Shown here: positions 46,601 to 61,700 of the stretch, one piece after another
How positions within the stretch are numbered: position 1 is the stretch's first letter
Layout: the number at the start of each line of letters is the position of its first letter
Assembly (NCBI GenBank): GCA_964016885.1
Contig: OZ024740.1
Coordinates: 10,354,001-10,418,000 of the forward strand
Direction: 5' to 3'
DNA: 64,000 nucleotides
From: Eledone cirrhosa
Lineage: Eukaryota
The notes under the pieces: generated by a model
What the model was told of the DNA's origin: nothing
What the model saw: only the letters and a program-made list of their open reading frames with translations
Databases searched by the model: none
Made by a program: the position numbers and the translations under genes

Positions 46601-49600
46601 GTGTCAGACCCTCTACCGATACTGCCAATCCAGCACCCTAGCATGGTGTCCCACCCTCTACCGATACTGCCGATCCACCACCCTAGCATGGTGTCCCACC
46701 CTCTACCGATACTGCCAATCTAACACCCTAGCATGGCGTCCGTCCCTCTACCGATACTGCCAATCCACCACCCTAGCATGGTGTCAGACCCTCTACCGAT
46801 ACTGCCAATCCACCACCCTAGCATGGTGTCCCACCCTCTACCGATACTGCCAATCTAACACCCTAGCATGGCGTCCGTCCCTCTACCGATACTGCCAATC
46901 CACCACCCTAGCATGGTGTCAGACCCTCTACCGATACTGCCGATCCAGCACCCTAGCATGGTTTCCCACCCTCTACCGATGCTGCCAATCCACCACCCTA
47001 GCATGGTGTCCGACCCTCTACCGATACTGCCAATCCACCACCCTAGCATGGTGTCAGACCCTCTACCGATACTGCCAATACACCACCCTAGCATGGTGTC
47101 AGAACCTCTACCGATACTGCCAATCCACCACCCTAGCATGGTGTCAGACCCTCTACCGATACTGCCGATCCAGCACCCTAGCATGGTTTCCCACCCTCTA
47201 CCGATACTGCAAATCCACCACCCTAGCATGGTGTCCGACCCTCTACCGATACTGCCAATCCACCACCCTAGCATGGTGTCCGACCCTCTACCGATACTGC
47301 CAATCCACCACCCTAGCATGGTGTCCCACCCTCTACCGATACTGCCAATCCACCACCCTAGCATGGTGTCAGACCCTCTACCGATACTGCCAATCCACCA
47401 CCCTAGCATGGTGTCCCGCCCTCTACCGATACTGCCAATCCACCACCCTAGCATGGTGTTCCACCCTCTACCGATACTGCCAATCCACCACCCTAGCATG
47501 GTGTCAGACCCTCTACCGATACTGCCAATCCACCACCCTAGCATGGTGTCCCGCCCTCTACCGATACTGCCAATCCACCACCCTAGCATGGTGTTCCACC
47601 CTCTACCGATACTGCCAATCCACCACCCAAGCATGGTGTCCCACCCTCTACCGATACTGCCAATCCACCACCCTAGCATGGTGTCCCACCCTCTACCGAT
47701 ACTGCCAATCCACCACCCTAGCATGGTGTTCCACCCTCTACCGATACTGCCAATCCACCGCCCTAGCATGGTGTCCGTCCCTCTACCGATACTGCCAATC
47801 CACCACCCTAGCATGGTGTCAGACCCTCTACCGATACTGCCAATCCACCACCCTAGCATGGTGTCAGACCCTCTAGCGATACTGCCAATCAACCACCCTA
47901 GCATGGTGTCCAACCCTCTACCGATACTGCCAATCCACCACCCTATAATGGTGTCAGACGCTCTACCGATACTGCCAATCCACCACCCTAGCATGGTGTC
48001 CCACCCTCTACCGATACTGCCAATCCACCACCCTAGCATGGTGTCAGACGCTCTACCGATACTGCCAATCCACCACACTAGCATGGTGTCAGACCCTCTA
48101 CCGATACTGCCAATCCACCACCCTAGCATGGTGTCCCACCCTCTACCGATACTGCCAATCCACCACCCTAGCATGGTGTCAGACCCTCTACCGATACTGC
48201 CAATCCACCACCCTAGCATTGTGTCCCACCCTCTACCGATACTGCCAATCCACCACCCTAACATGGTGTCAGACCCTCTACCGACACTGCAAATCCACCA
48301 CCCTAGCATGGTGTCCCACCCTCTACCGATACTGCCAATCCACCACCCTTGCATGGTGTCAGACCCTCTACCGATACTGCCAATCCACCACCCTAGCATG
48401 GTGTCAGACCCTCTATCGATACTGCCAATCCACCACCCTAGCATGGTGTCCCACCCTCTACCGATACTGCCAATCCACCACCCTAGCATGATGTCCCACC
48501 CTCTACCGATACTGCCAATCAACCACCCTAGCATGGTGTCCCACCCTCTACCGATACTGCCAATCCACCACCCTAGCATGGTGTCCCACCCTCTACCGAT
48601 ACTGCCAATCAACCACCCTAGCATGGTGTCCCACCCTCTACCGATACTGCCAATCCACCAACCTAGCATGGTGTCCGACCCTCTACCGATACTACCAATC
48701 CACCACCCTAGCATGGTGTCAGACCCTCTACCGATACTGCCAATCCACCACCCAAACATGGTGTCAGACGCTCTACCGATACTGCCAATCCACCACCCTA
48801 GCATGGTGTCAGACCCTCTACCGATACTGCCAATCCACCACCCTAGCATGGTGTCCCACCCTCTACCGATACTGCCAATCCACCACCCTAGCATGGTGTC
48901 CCACCCTCTACCGATACTACCAATCCACCACCCTAGCATGGTGTCAGACCCTCTACCGATACTGCCAATCCACCACCCTAGCATGATGTCCGACCCTCTA
49001 CCGATACTGCCAATCCACCACCCTAGCATGGTGTCCGACCCTCTACCGATACTACCAATCCACCACCCTAGCATGGTGTCAGACCCTCTACCGATACTGC
49101 CAATCCACCACCCTAGCATGGTGACCGACCCTCTACCGATACTACCAATCCACCACCCTAGCATGGTGTCAGACCCTCTACCGATACTGCCAATCCACCA
49201 CCCTAGCATGGTGTCAGACGCTCTACCGATACTGCCAATCCACCACCCTAGCATGGTGTCAGACGCTCTACCGATACTGCCAATCCACCACCCTAGCATG
49301 GTGTCAGACCCTCTACCGATACTGCCAATCCACCACCCTAGCATGGTGTCCCACCCTCTACCGATACTGCCAATCCACCACCCTAGCATGGTGTTCCACC
49401 CTCTACCGATACTGCCAATCCACCACCCTAGCATGGTGTCAGACGCTCTACCGATACTGCCAATCCACCACCCTAGCATGGTGTCAGACCCTCTACCGAT
49501 ACTGCCAATCCACCACCCTAGCATGGTGTCCCACCCTCTACCGATACTGCCAATCCACCACCCTAGCATGGTGTCCCACCCTCTACCGATACTGCCAATC

Positions 49601-50559
49601 CACCACCCTAGCATGGTGTCAGACCCTCTACCGATACTGCCAATCCACCACCCTAGCATGGTGTCCCACCCTCTACCGATACTGCCAATCCACCACCCTA
49701 GCATGGTGTCCCACCCTCTACCGATACTGCCAATCCACCACCCTAGCATGGTGTCCGACCCTCTACCGATACTGCCAATCCACCACCCTAGCATGGTGTC
49801 CGACCCTCTACCGATACTGCCAATCCACCACCCTAGCATGGTGTCAGACCCTCTACCGACACTGCAAATCCACCACCCTAGCATGGTGTCCCACCCTCTA
49901 CCGATACTGCCAATCCACCACCCTAGCATGGTGTCAGACCCTCTACCGATACTGCCAATCCACCACCCTAGCATGGTGTCAGACCCCCTACCAATACTGC
50001 CAATCCAGCACCCTAGCATGGTGTCCCACCCTCTACCGATACTGCCAATCCAACACCCTAGCATGGTGTCAGACCCTCTACCGATAGTGCCAATCCACCA
50101 CCCTAGCATGGTGTCCCCCCCCCTCTACCGATACTGCCAATCCACCACCCTACCATGGTGTCCGACCCTTTACCGATACTGCCAATCCACCACCCTAGCA
50201 TGGTGTCCCACCCTCTACCGATACTGCAAATCCACCACCCTAGCATGGTGTCAGACCCTCTACCGATACTGCCAATCCACCACCCTAGCATGGTGTCCCA
50301 CCCTCTACCGATACTGCAAATCCACCACCCTAGCATGGTGTCAGACCCTCTACCGATGCTGCCAATCCACCACCCTAGGATGGTGTCCCACCCTCTACCG
50401 ATACTGCCAATCCACCACCCTAGCATGGTGTCAGACCCTCTACCGATACTGCCAATCCACCACCCTAGCATGGTGTCCGACCCTCTACCGATACTGCCAA
50501 TCCACCACCCTAGCATGGTGTCCCCCCCTCTACCGATACTGCCAATCCACCACCCTAGC

Positions 50560-53500
50560 ATGGTGTCCCCCCCTCTACCGATACTGCCAATCCACCACCC
50601 TAGCATGGTGTCCCCCCCTCTACCGATACTGCCAATCCACCACCCTAGCATGGTGTCCCCCCCTCTACCGATACTGCCAATCCACCACCCTAGCATGGTG
50701 TCCCACCCTCTACCGATACTGCCAATCCACCACCCTAGCATGGTGTCAGACCCTCTACCGATACTGCCAATCCACCACCCTAGCATGGTGTCCGACCCTC
50801 TACCGATACTGCCAATCCACCACCCTAGCATGGTGTCCCACCCTCTACCGATACTGCCAATCCACCACCCTAGCATGGTGTCAGACCCTCTACCGATACT
50901 GCCAATCCACCACCCTAGCATGGTGTCAGACCCTCTACCGATACTGCCAATCCACCACCCTAGCATGGTGTCCGACCCTCTACCGATACTGCCAATCCAC
51001 CACCCTAGCATGGTGTCCCACCCTCTACCGATACTGCCAATCCACAACCCTAGCATGGTGTCCCCCCTCTACCGATACTGGCCATCCACCACCCTAGCAT
51101 GGTATCCCACCCTCTACCGATACTGCCAATCCACCACCCTAGCATGGTGTCAGACCCTCTACCGATACTGCCAATCCACCACCCTAACATGGTGTCAGAC
51201 CCTCTACCGACACTGCCAATCCACCACCCTAGCATGGTGTCCCACCCTCTACCGATACTGCCAATCCACCACCCTAGCATGGTGTCAGACCCTCTACCGA
51301 TACTGCCAATCCACCAACCTAGCATGGTGTCAGACCCTCTGCCGATACTGCCAATTCACCACCCTAGCATGGTGTCAGACGCTCTACCGATACTGCCAAT
51401 CCACCACCCTAACATGTTGTCAGACCCTCTACTGACACTGCCAATCCACCACCCTAGCATGGTGTCAGACCCTCTACCGATACTGCCAATCCACCACACT
51501 AGCATGGTGTCCCACCCTCTACCGATACTGCCAATCCACCACCCTAGCATGGTGTTAGACCCTCTACCGATACTGCAAATCCACCACCCTAGCATGGTGT
51601 CCCACCCTCTTCCGATACTGCCAATCCACCACCCTAGCATGGTGTCCGACCCTCTACCGATACTGCCAATCCACCACCCTAGCATGGTGTCCCACCCTCT
51701 ACCGATAGTGCCAATCCACCACCCTAGCATGGTGTCAGACCCTCTACCGACACTGCCAATCCACCACCCTAGCATGGTGTCAGACTCTCTACCGATACTC
51801 CCAATCCACCACCCTAGCATGGTGTCAGACCCTCTACCGATACTGCCAATCCACCACCCTAGCATGGTGTCAGACCCTCTACCGATACTGCCAATTCACC
51901 ACCCTAGCATGGTGTCAGACCCTCTACCGATACTGCCAATCCACCACCCTAGCATGGTGTCCCACCCTCTACCGATACTGCCAATCCACCACCCTAGCAT
52001 GGTGTCAGACCCTCTACCGATACTGCCAATCCACCACCCTAGCATGGTGTCCCACCCTCTACCAATACTGCCAATCCACCACCCTAGCATGGTGTCCCAC
52101 CCTCTACCGATACTGCCAATCCACCACCCTAGCATGGTGTCAGACCCTCTACCGATACTGCAAATCCACCACCCTAGCATGGTCTCCCACCCTCTTCCGA
52201 TACTGCCAATCCACCACCCTAGCATGGTGTCCGACCCTCTACCGATACTGCCAATCCACCACCCTAGCATGGTGTCGCACCCTCTACCGATACTGCCAAT
52301 CCACCACCCTAGCATGGTGTCCCACCCTCTACCGATACTGCCAATACACCACCCTAGCATGGTGTCCCACCCTCTACCGATACTGCCAATCCACCACCCT
52401 AGCATGGTGTCCCACCCTCTACCGATACTGCCAATACACCACCCTAGCATGGTGTCCCACCCTCTACCGATACTGCCAATCCACCACCCTAGCATGGTGT
52501 CAGACCCTCTACCGATACTGCCAATTCACCACCCTAGCATGGTGTCAGACCCTCTACCGACACTGCCGATCCACCACCCTAGCATGGTGTCAGACCCTCT
52601 ACCGATACTGCCAATCCACCACACTAGCATGGTGTCCCACCCTCTACCGATACTGCCAATCCACCACCCTAGCATGGTGTCAGACCCTCTACCGATACTG
52701 CCAATCCACCACCCTAGCATGGTGTCAGACCCTCTACCGATACTGCCAATCCACCACCCTAGCATGGTGTCATACCCTCTACCGATACTGCCAATCCACC
52801 ACCCTAGCATAGTGTCCCACCCTCTACCGATACTGCCAATCCACCACCCTAGCATGGTGTCCCACCCTCTTCCGATACTGCCAATCCACCACCCTAGCAT
52901 GGTGTCAGACCCTCTACCGATACTGCCAATCCACCACCCTAGCATGGTGTCAGACCCTCTACCGATACTGCCAATCCACCACCCTAGCATGGTGTCCGAC
53001 CCTCTACCGATACTGCCAATCCACCACCCTAGCATGGTGTCCCCCCCTCTACCGATACTGCCAATCCACCACCCTAGCATGGTGTCCCACCCTCTTCCGA
53101 TACTGCCAATCCACCACCCTAGCATGGTGTCAGACCCTCTACCGATACTGCCAATCCACCACCCTAGCATGGTGTCAGACCCTCTACCGATACTGCCAAT
53201 CCACCACCCTAGCATGGTGTCCGACCCTCTACCGATACTGCCAATCCACCACCCTAGCATGGTGTCCCCCCCTCTACCGATACTGCCAATCCACCACCCT
53301 AGCATGGTGTCCCCCCCTCTACCGATACTGCCAATCCACCACCCTAGCATGGTGTCCCCCCCTCTACCGATACTGCCAATCCACCACCCTAGCATGGTGT
53401 CCCCCCCTCTACCGATACTGCCAATCCACCACCCTAGCATGGTGTCAGACCCTCTATCGATACTGCCAATCCACCACCCTAGCATGGTGTCCCACTCTCT

Positions 53501-56500
53501 ACCGATACTGCCAATCCACCACCCTAGCATGGTGTCCCCCCCTCTACCGATACTGCCAATCCACCACCCTAGCATGGTGTCCCACCCTCTACCGATACTG
53601 CCAATCCACCACCCTAGCATGGTGTCAGACCCTCTACCGATACTGCCAATCCACCACCCTAGCATGGTGTCCGACCCTCTACCGATACTGCCAATCCACC
53701 ACCCTAGCATGGTGTCCCACCCTCTACCGATACTGCCAATCCACCACCCTAGCATGGTGTCAGACCCTCTACCGATACTGCCAATCCACCACCCTAGCAT
53801 GGTGTCCCACCCTCTACCGATACTGCCAATCCACCACCCTAGCATGGTGTCAGACCCTCTACCGATACTGCCAATCCACCACCCTAGCATGGTGTCCGAC
53901 CCTCTACAGATACTGCCAATCCACCACCCTAGCATGGTGTCAGACCCTCTACCGATACTGCCAATCCACCACACTAGCATGGTGTCCCACCCTCTACCGA
54001 CACTGCCAATCCACCACCCTAGCATGGTGTCCCCCCCTCTACCGATACTGCCAATCCACCACCCTAGCATGGTGTCCCCCCCTCTACCGATACTGCCAAT
54101 CCACCACCCTAGCATGGTGTCCCCCCCTCTACCGATACTGCCAATCCACCACCCTAGCATGGTGTCCCACCCTCTACCGATACTGCCAATCCACCACCCT
54201 AGCATGGTGTCAGACCCTCTACCGATACTGCCAATCCACCACCCTAGCATGGTGTCCGACCCTCTACCGATACTGCCAATCCACCACCCTAGCATGGTGT
54301 CCCACCCTCTACCGATACTGCCAATCCACCACCCTAGCATGGTGTCAGACCCTCTACCGATACTGCCAATCCACCACCCTAGCATGGTGTCAGACCCTCT
54401 ACCGATACTGCCAATCCACCACCCTAGCATGGTGTCCGACCCTCTACCGATACTGCCAATCCACCACCCTAGCATGGTGTCCCACCCTCTACCGATACTG
54501 CCAATCCACAACCCTAGCATGGTGTCCCCCCTCTACCGATACTGGCCATCCACCACCCTAGCATGGTATCCCACCCTCTACCGATACTGCCAATCCACCA
54601 CCCTAGCATGGTGTCAGACCCTCTACCGATACTGCCAATCCACCACCCTAACATGGTGTCAGACCCTCTACCGACACTGCCAATCCACCACCCTAGCATG
54701 GTGTCCCACCCTCTACCGATACTGCCAATCCACCACCCTAGCATGGTGTCAGACCCTCTACCGATACTGCCAATCCACCAACCTAGCATGGTGTCAGACC
54801 CTCTGCCGATACTGCCAATTCACCACCCTAGCATGGTGTCAGACGCTCTACCGATACTGCCAATCCACCACCCTAACATGTTGTCAGACCCTCTACTGAC
54901 ACTGCCAATCCACCACCCTAGCATGGTGTCAGACCCTCTACCGATACTGCCAATCCACCACACTAGCATGGTGTCCCACCCTCTACCGATACTGCCAATC
55001 CACCACCCTAGCATGGTGTTAGACCCTCTACCGATACTGCAAATCCACCACCCTAGCATGGTGTCCCACCCTCTTCCGATACTGCCAATCCACCACCCTA
55101 GCATGGTGTCCGACCCTCTACCGATACTGCCAATCCACCACCCTAGCATGGTGTCCCACCCTCTACCGATAGTGCCAATCCACCACCCTAGCATGGTGTC
55201 AGACCCTCTACCGACACTGCCAATCCACCACCCTAGCATGGTGTCAGACTCTCTACCGATACTCCCAATCCACCACCCTAGCATGGTGTCAGACCCTCTA
55301 CCGATACTGCCAATCCACCACCCTAGCATGGTGTCAGACCCTCTACCGATACTGCCAATTCACCACCCTAGCATGGTGTCAGACCCTCTACCGATACTGC
55401 CAATCCACCACCCTAGCATGGTGTCCCACCCTCTACCGATACTGCCAATCCACCACCCTAGCATGGTGTCAGACCCTCTACCGATACTGCCAATCCACCA
55501 CCCTAGCATGGTGTCCCACCCTCTACCAATACTGCCAATCCACCACCCTAGCATGGTGTCCCACCCTCTACCGATACTGCCAATCCACCACCCTAGCATG
55601 GTGTCAGACCCTCTACCGATACTGCAAATCCACCACCCTAGCATGGTCTCCCACCCTCTTCCGATACTGCCAATCCACCACCCTAGCATGGTGTCCGACC
55701 CTCTACCGATACTGCCAATCCACCACCCTAGCATGGTGTCGCACCCTCTACCGATACTGCCAATCCACCACCCTAGCATGGTGTCCCACCCTCTACCGAT
55801 ACTGCCAATACACCACCCTAGCATGGTGTCCCACCCTCTACCGATACTGCCAATCCACCACCCTAGCATGGTGTCCCACCCTCTACCGATACTGCCAATA
55901 CACCACCCTAGCATGGTGTCCCACCCTCTACCGATACTGCCAATCCACCACCCTAGCATGGTGTCAGACCCTCTACCGATACTGCCAATTCACCACCCTA
56001 GCATGGTGTCAGACCCTCTACCGACACTGCCGATCCACCACCCTAGCATGGTGTCAGACCCTCTACCGATACTGCCAATCCACCACACTAGCATGGTGTC
56101 CCACCCTCTACCGATACTGCCAATCCACCACCCTAGCATGGTGTCAGACCCTCTACCGATACTGCCAATCCACCACCCTAGCATGGTGTCAGACCCTCTA
56201 CCGATACTGCCAATCCACCACCCTAGCATGGTGTCATACCCTCTACCGATACTGCCAATCCACCACCCTAGCATAGTGTCCCACCCTCTACCGATACTGC
56301 CAATCCACCACCCTAGCATGGTGTCCCACCCTCTTCCGATACTGCCAATCCACCACCCTAGCATGGTGTCAGACCCTCTACCGATACTGCCAATCCACCA
56401 CCCTAGCATGGTGTCAGACCCTCTACCGATACTGCCAATCCACCACCCTAGCATGGTGTCCGACCCTCTACCGATACTGCCAATCCACCACCCTAGCATG

Positions 56501-58740
56501 GTGTCCCCCCCTCTACCGATACTGCCAATCCACCACCCTAGCATGGTGTCCCCCCCTCTACCGATACTGCCAATCCACCACCCTAGCATGGTGTCCCCCC
56601 CTCTACCGATACTGCCAATCCACCACCCTAGCATGGTGTCCCCCCCTCTACCGATACTGCCAATCCACCACCCTAGCATGGTGTCAGACCCTCTATCGAT
56701 ACTGCCAATCCACCACCCTAGCATGGTGTCCCACTCTCTACCGATACTGCCAATCCACCACCCTAGCATGGTGTCCCCCCCTCTACCGATACTGCCAATC
56801 CACCACCCTAGCATGGTGTCCCACCCTCTACCGATACTGCCAATCCACCACCCTAGCATGGTGTCAGACCCTCTACCGATACTGCCAATCCACCACCCTA
56901 GCATGGTGTCCGACCCTCTACCGATACTGCCAATCCACCACCCTAGCATGGTGTCCCACCCTCTACCGATACTGCCAATCCACCACCCTAGCATGGTGTC
57001 AGACCCTCTACCGATACTGCCAATCCACCACCCTAGCATGGTGTCCCACCCTCTACCGATACTGCCAATCCACCACCCTAGCATGGTGTCAGACCCTCTA
57101 CCGATACTGCCAATCCACCACCCTAGCATGGTGTCCGACCCTCTACAGATACTGCCAATCCACCACCCTAGCATGGTGTCAGACCCTCTACCGATACTGC
57201 CAATCCACCACACTAGCATGGTGTCCCACCCTCTACCGACACTGCCAATCCACCACCCTAGCATGGTGTCCCACCCTCTACCGATACTGCCAATCCACCA
57301 CCCTAGCATGGTGTTAGACCCTCTACCGATACTGCAAATCCACCACCCTAGCATGGTGTCCCACCCTCTTCCGATACTGCCAATCCACCACCCTAGCATG
57401 GTGTCCGACCCTCTACCGATACTGCCAATCCACCACCCTAGCATGGTGTCCCACCCTCTACCGATAGTGCCAATCCACCACCCTAGCATGGTGTCAGACC
57501 CTCTACCGACACTGCCAATCCACCACCCTAGCATGGTGTCAGACTCTCTACCGATACTCCCAATCCACCACCCTAGCATGGTGTCAGACCCTCTACCGAT
57601 ACTGCCAATCCACCACCCTAACATGGTGTCAGACCCTCTACCGATACTGCCAATCCACCACCCTAGCATGGTGTCAGACCCTCTACCGATACTGCCAATT
57701 CACCACCCTAGCATGGTGTCAGACCCTCTACCGATACTGCCAATCCACCACCCTAGCATGGTGTCCCACCCTCTACCGATACTGCCAATCCACCACCCTA
57801 GCATGGTGTCAGACCCTCTACCGATACTGCCAATCCACCACCCTAGCATGGTGTCCCACCCTCTACCGATACTGCCAATCCACCACCCTAGCATGGTGTC
57901 CCACCCTCTACCGATACTGCCAATCCACCACCCTAGCATGGTGTCAGACCCTCTACCGATACTGCAAATCCACCACCCTAGCATGGTCTCCCACCCTCTT
58001 CCGATACTGCCAATCCACCACCCTAGCATGGTGTCCGACCCTCTACCGATACTGCCAATCCACCACCCTAGCATGGTGTCGCACCCTCTACCGATACTGC
58101 CAATCCACCACCCTAGCATGGTGTCCCACCCTCTACCGATACTGCCAATACACCACCCTAGCATGGTGTCCCACCCTCTACCGATACTGCCAATCCACCA
58201 CCCTAGCATGGTGTCCCACCCTCTACCGATACTGCCAATACACCACCCTAGCATGGTGTCCCACCCTCTACCGATACTGCCAATCCACCACCCTAGCATG
58301 GTGTCAGACCCTCTACCGATACTGCCAATTCACCACCCTAGCATGGTGTCAGACCCTCTACCGATACTGCCGATCCACCACCCTAGCATGGTGTCAGACC
58401 CTCTACCGATACTGCCAATCCACCACACTAGCATGGTGTCCCACCCTCTACCGATACTGCCAATCCACCACCCTAGCATGGTGTCAGACCCTCTACCGAT
58501 ACTGCCAATTCACCACCCTAGCATGGTGTCATACCCTCTACCGATACTGCCAATCCACCACCCTAGCATAGTGTCCCACCCTCTACCGATACTGCCAATC
58601 CACCACCCTAGCATGGTGTCCCACCCTCTTCCGATACTGCCAATCCACCACCCTAGCATGGTGTCAGACCCTCTACCGATACTGCCAATCCACCACCCTA
58701 GCATGGTGTCAGACCCTCTACCGATACTGCCAATCCACCA
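50560..58740 (+). repeat. 77-monomer (3464 bp) tandem duplication plus a partial third copy
   Basis: The marker tcccccctct..ctggccatcc..gtatccc occurs at ~51061 and ~54525, and ORF pairs are offset by 3464. Copy 2 (54024-~57262) lacks 5 monomers. The series gtgttagac, atactccc, tcgcac, tcatac appears a third time at ~57263-58740. Confidence 0.9.
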
Positions 58741-61700
58741 CCCTAGCATGGTGTCAGACCCTCTACCGATACTGCCAATCCACCACCCTAGCATGGTGTC
58801 ATACCCTCTACCGATACTGCCAATCCACCACCCTAGCATAGTGTCCCACCCTCTACCGATACTGCCAATCCACCACCCTAGCATGGTGTCCCACCCTCTT
58901 CCGATACTGCCAATCCACCACCCTAGCATGGTGTCAGACCCTCTACCGATACTGCCAATCCACCACCCTAGCATGGTGTCAGACCCTCTACCGATACTGC
59001 CAATCCACCACCCTAGCATGGTGTCAGACCCTCTACCGATACTGCCAATCCACCACCCTAGCATGGTGTCCCACCCTCTTCCGATACTGCCAATCCACCA
59101 CCCTAGCATGGTGTCAGACCCTCTACCGATACTGCCAATCCACCACCCTAGCATGGTGTCAGACCCTCTACCGATACTGCCAATCCACCACCCTAGCATG
59201 GTGTCAGACCCTCTACCGATACTGCCAATCTAACACCCTAGCATGGTGTCAGACCCTCTACCGATACTGCCAATCCACCGCCCTAGCATGGTGTCCGACT
59301 CTCTACCGATACTGCCAATCCACCACCCTAGCATGGTGTCCCACCCTCTACCGATACTGCCAATCCACCACCCTAGCATGGTGTCAGACCCTCTACCGAT
59401 ACTGCCAATCCACCATCCTAACATGGTGTCAGACCCTCTACCGATACTGCCAATCCACCACCCTAGCATGGTGTCCGACTCTCTACCGATACTGCCAATC
59501 CACCACCCTAGCATGGTGTCCCACCCTCTACCGATACTGCCAATCCACCACCCTAGCATGGTGTCAGACCCTCTACCGATACTGCCAATCCACCATCCTA
59601 ACATGGTGTCAGACCCTCTACCGATACTGCCAATCCACCACCCTAGCATGGTGTCAGACCCTCTACCGATACTGCCAATCCACCACCCTAGCATGGTGTC
59701 CGACCCTCTACCGATACTGCCAATCCACCACCCTAGCATGGTGTCCCACCCTCTACCGATACTGCCAATCCACCACCCTAGCATGGTCTCAGACTCTCTA
59801 CCGATACTCCCAATCCACCACCCTAGCTTGGTGTCAGACCCTCTACCGATACTGCCAATCCACCACCCTAGCATGGTGTCAGACCCTCTACCGATACTGC
59901 CAATCCACCACCCTAGCATGGTGTCCGACCCTCTACCTATACTGCCAATCCACCACCCTAGCATGGTGTCAGACCCTCTACCGATACTGCCAATTCACCA
60001 CCCTAGCATGGTGTCCCACCCTCTACCGATACTGCCAATTCACCACCCTAGCATGGTGTCCCACCCTCTACCGATACTGCCAATTCACCGCCCTAGCATG
60101 GTGTCAGACCCTCTACCGATACTGCCAATCCACCACCCTAGCATGGTGTCAGACCCTCTACCGATACTGCCAATCCACCACCCTAGCATGGTGTCCCACT
60201 CTCTACCGATACTGCCAATCCAGCACCCTAGCATGGTGTCCCACCCTCTACCGATACTGCCAATCCACCACCCTAGCATGGTGTCCCACTCTCTAGCGAT
60301 ACTGCCAATTCACCACCCTACCATGGTGTCCCACCCTCTAGCGATACTGCCAATCCACCACCCTAGCATGGTGTCCCACCCTCTTCCGATACTGCCAATC
60401 CACCACCCTAGCATGGTGTCAGACCCTCTACCTATACTGCCAATCCACCACCCTAGCATGGTGTCAGACCCTCTACCGATACTGCCAATCCACCACCCTA
60501 GCATGGTGTCCGACCCTCTACCGATACTGCCAATCCACCACCCTAGCATGGTGTCCCACCCTCTACCGATACTGCCAATCCACCACCCTAGCATGGTGTC
60601 TGACCCTCTACCGATACTGCCAATCCACCACCCTAGCATGGTGTCCCACCCTCTACCGATAGTGCCAATCCACCACCCTAGCATGGTGTCCCACCCTCTA
60701 CCGATAGTGCCAATCCACCACCCTAGCATGACGTCAGACCCTCTACCGATACTGCCAATCCACCACCCTAGCATGGCGTCAGACCCTCTACCGATACTGC
60801 CAATCCACCACCCTAGCATGGTGTCTGACTCTCTACCGATACTGCCAATCCACCACCCTAGCATGGTGTCCGACCATCTACCGATACTGTCAATCCACCA
60901 CCCTAGCATGGTGTCTGACTCTCTACCGATACTGCCAATCCACCACCCTAGCATGGTGTCCGACCCTCTACCGATACTGTCAATCCACCACCCTAGCATG
61001 GTGTCCGACCCTCTACCGATACTGTCAATCCACCACCCTAGCATGGTGTCCGACCCTCTACCGATACTGTCAATCCACCACCCTAGCATGGTGTCCGACC
61101 CTCTACCGATACTGTCAATCCACCACCCTAGCATGGTGTCTGACTCTCTACCGATACTGCCAATCCACCACCCTAGCATGGTGTCCGACCCTCTACCGAT
61201 ACTGTCAATCCACCACCCTAGCATGGTGTCCGACCCTCTACCGATACTGTCAATCCACCACCCTAGCATGGTGTCCGACCCTCTACCGATACTGCCAATC
61301 CACCACCCTAGCATGGCGTCAGACCCTCTACCGATACTGCCAATCCACCACCCTAGCATGGTGTCTGACTCTCTACCGATACTGCCAATCCACCACCCTA
61401 GCATGGTGTCCGACCATCTACCGATACTGCCAATCCACCACCCTAGCATGGTGTCCCACCCTCTACCGATACTGCCAATCCACCACCCTAGCATGGCGTC
61501 CGACCCTCTACCGATACTGCCAATCCACCACCCTAGCATGGCGTCCGACCCTCTACCGATACTGCCAATCCACCACCCTAGCATGGTGTCAGACCCTCTA
61601 CCGATACTGCAAATCCACCACCCTAGCATGGTGTCCCACCCTCTACCGATACTGCCAATCCACCACCCTAGCATGGCGTCCGACCCTCTACCGATACTGC

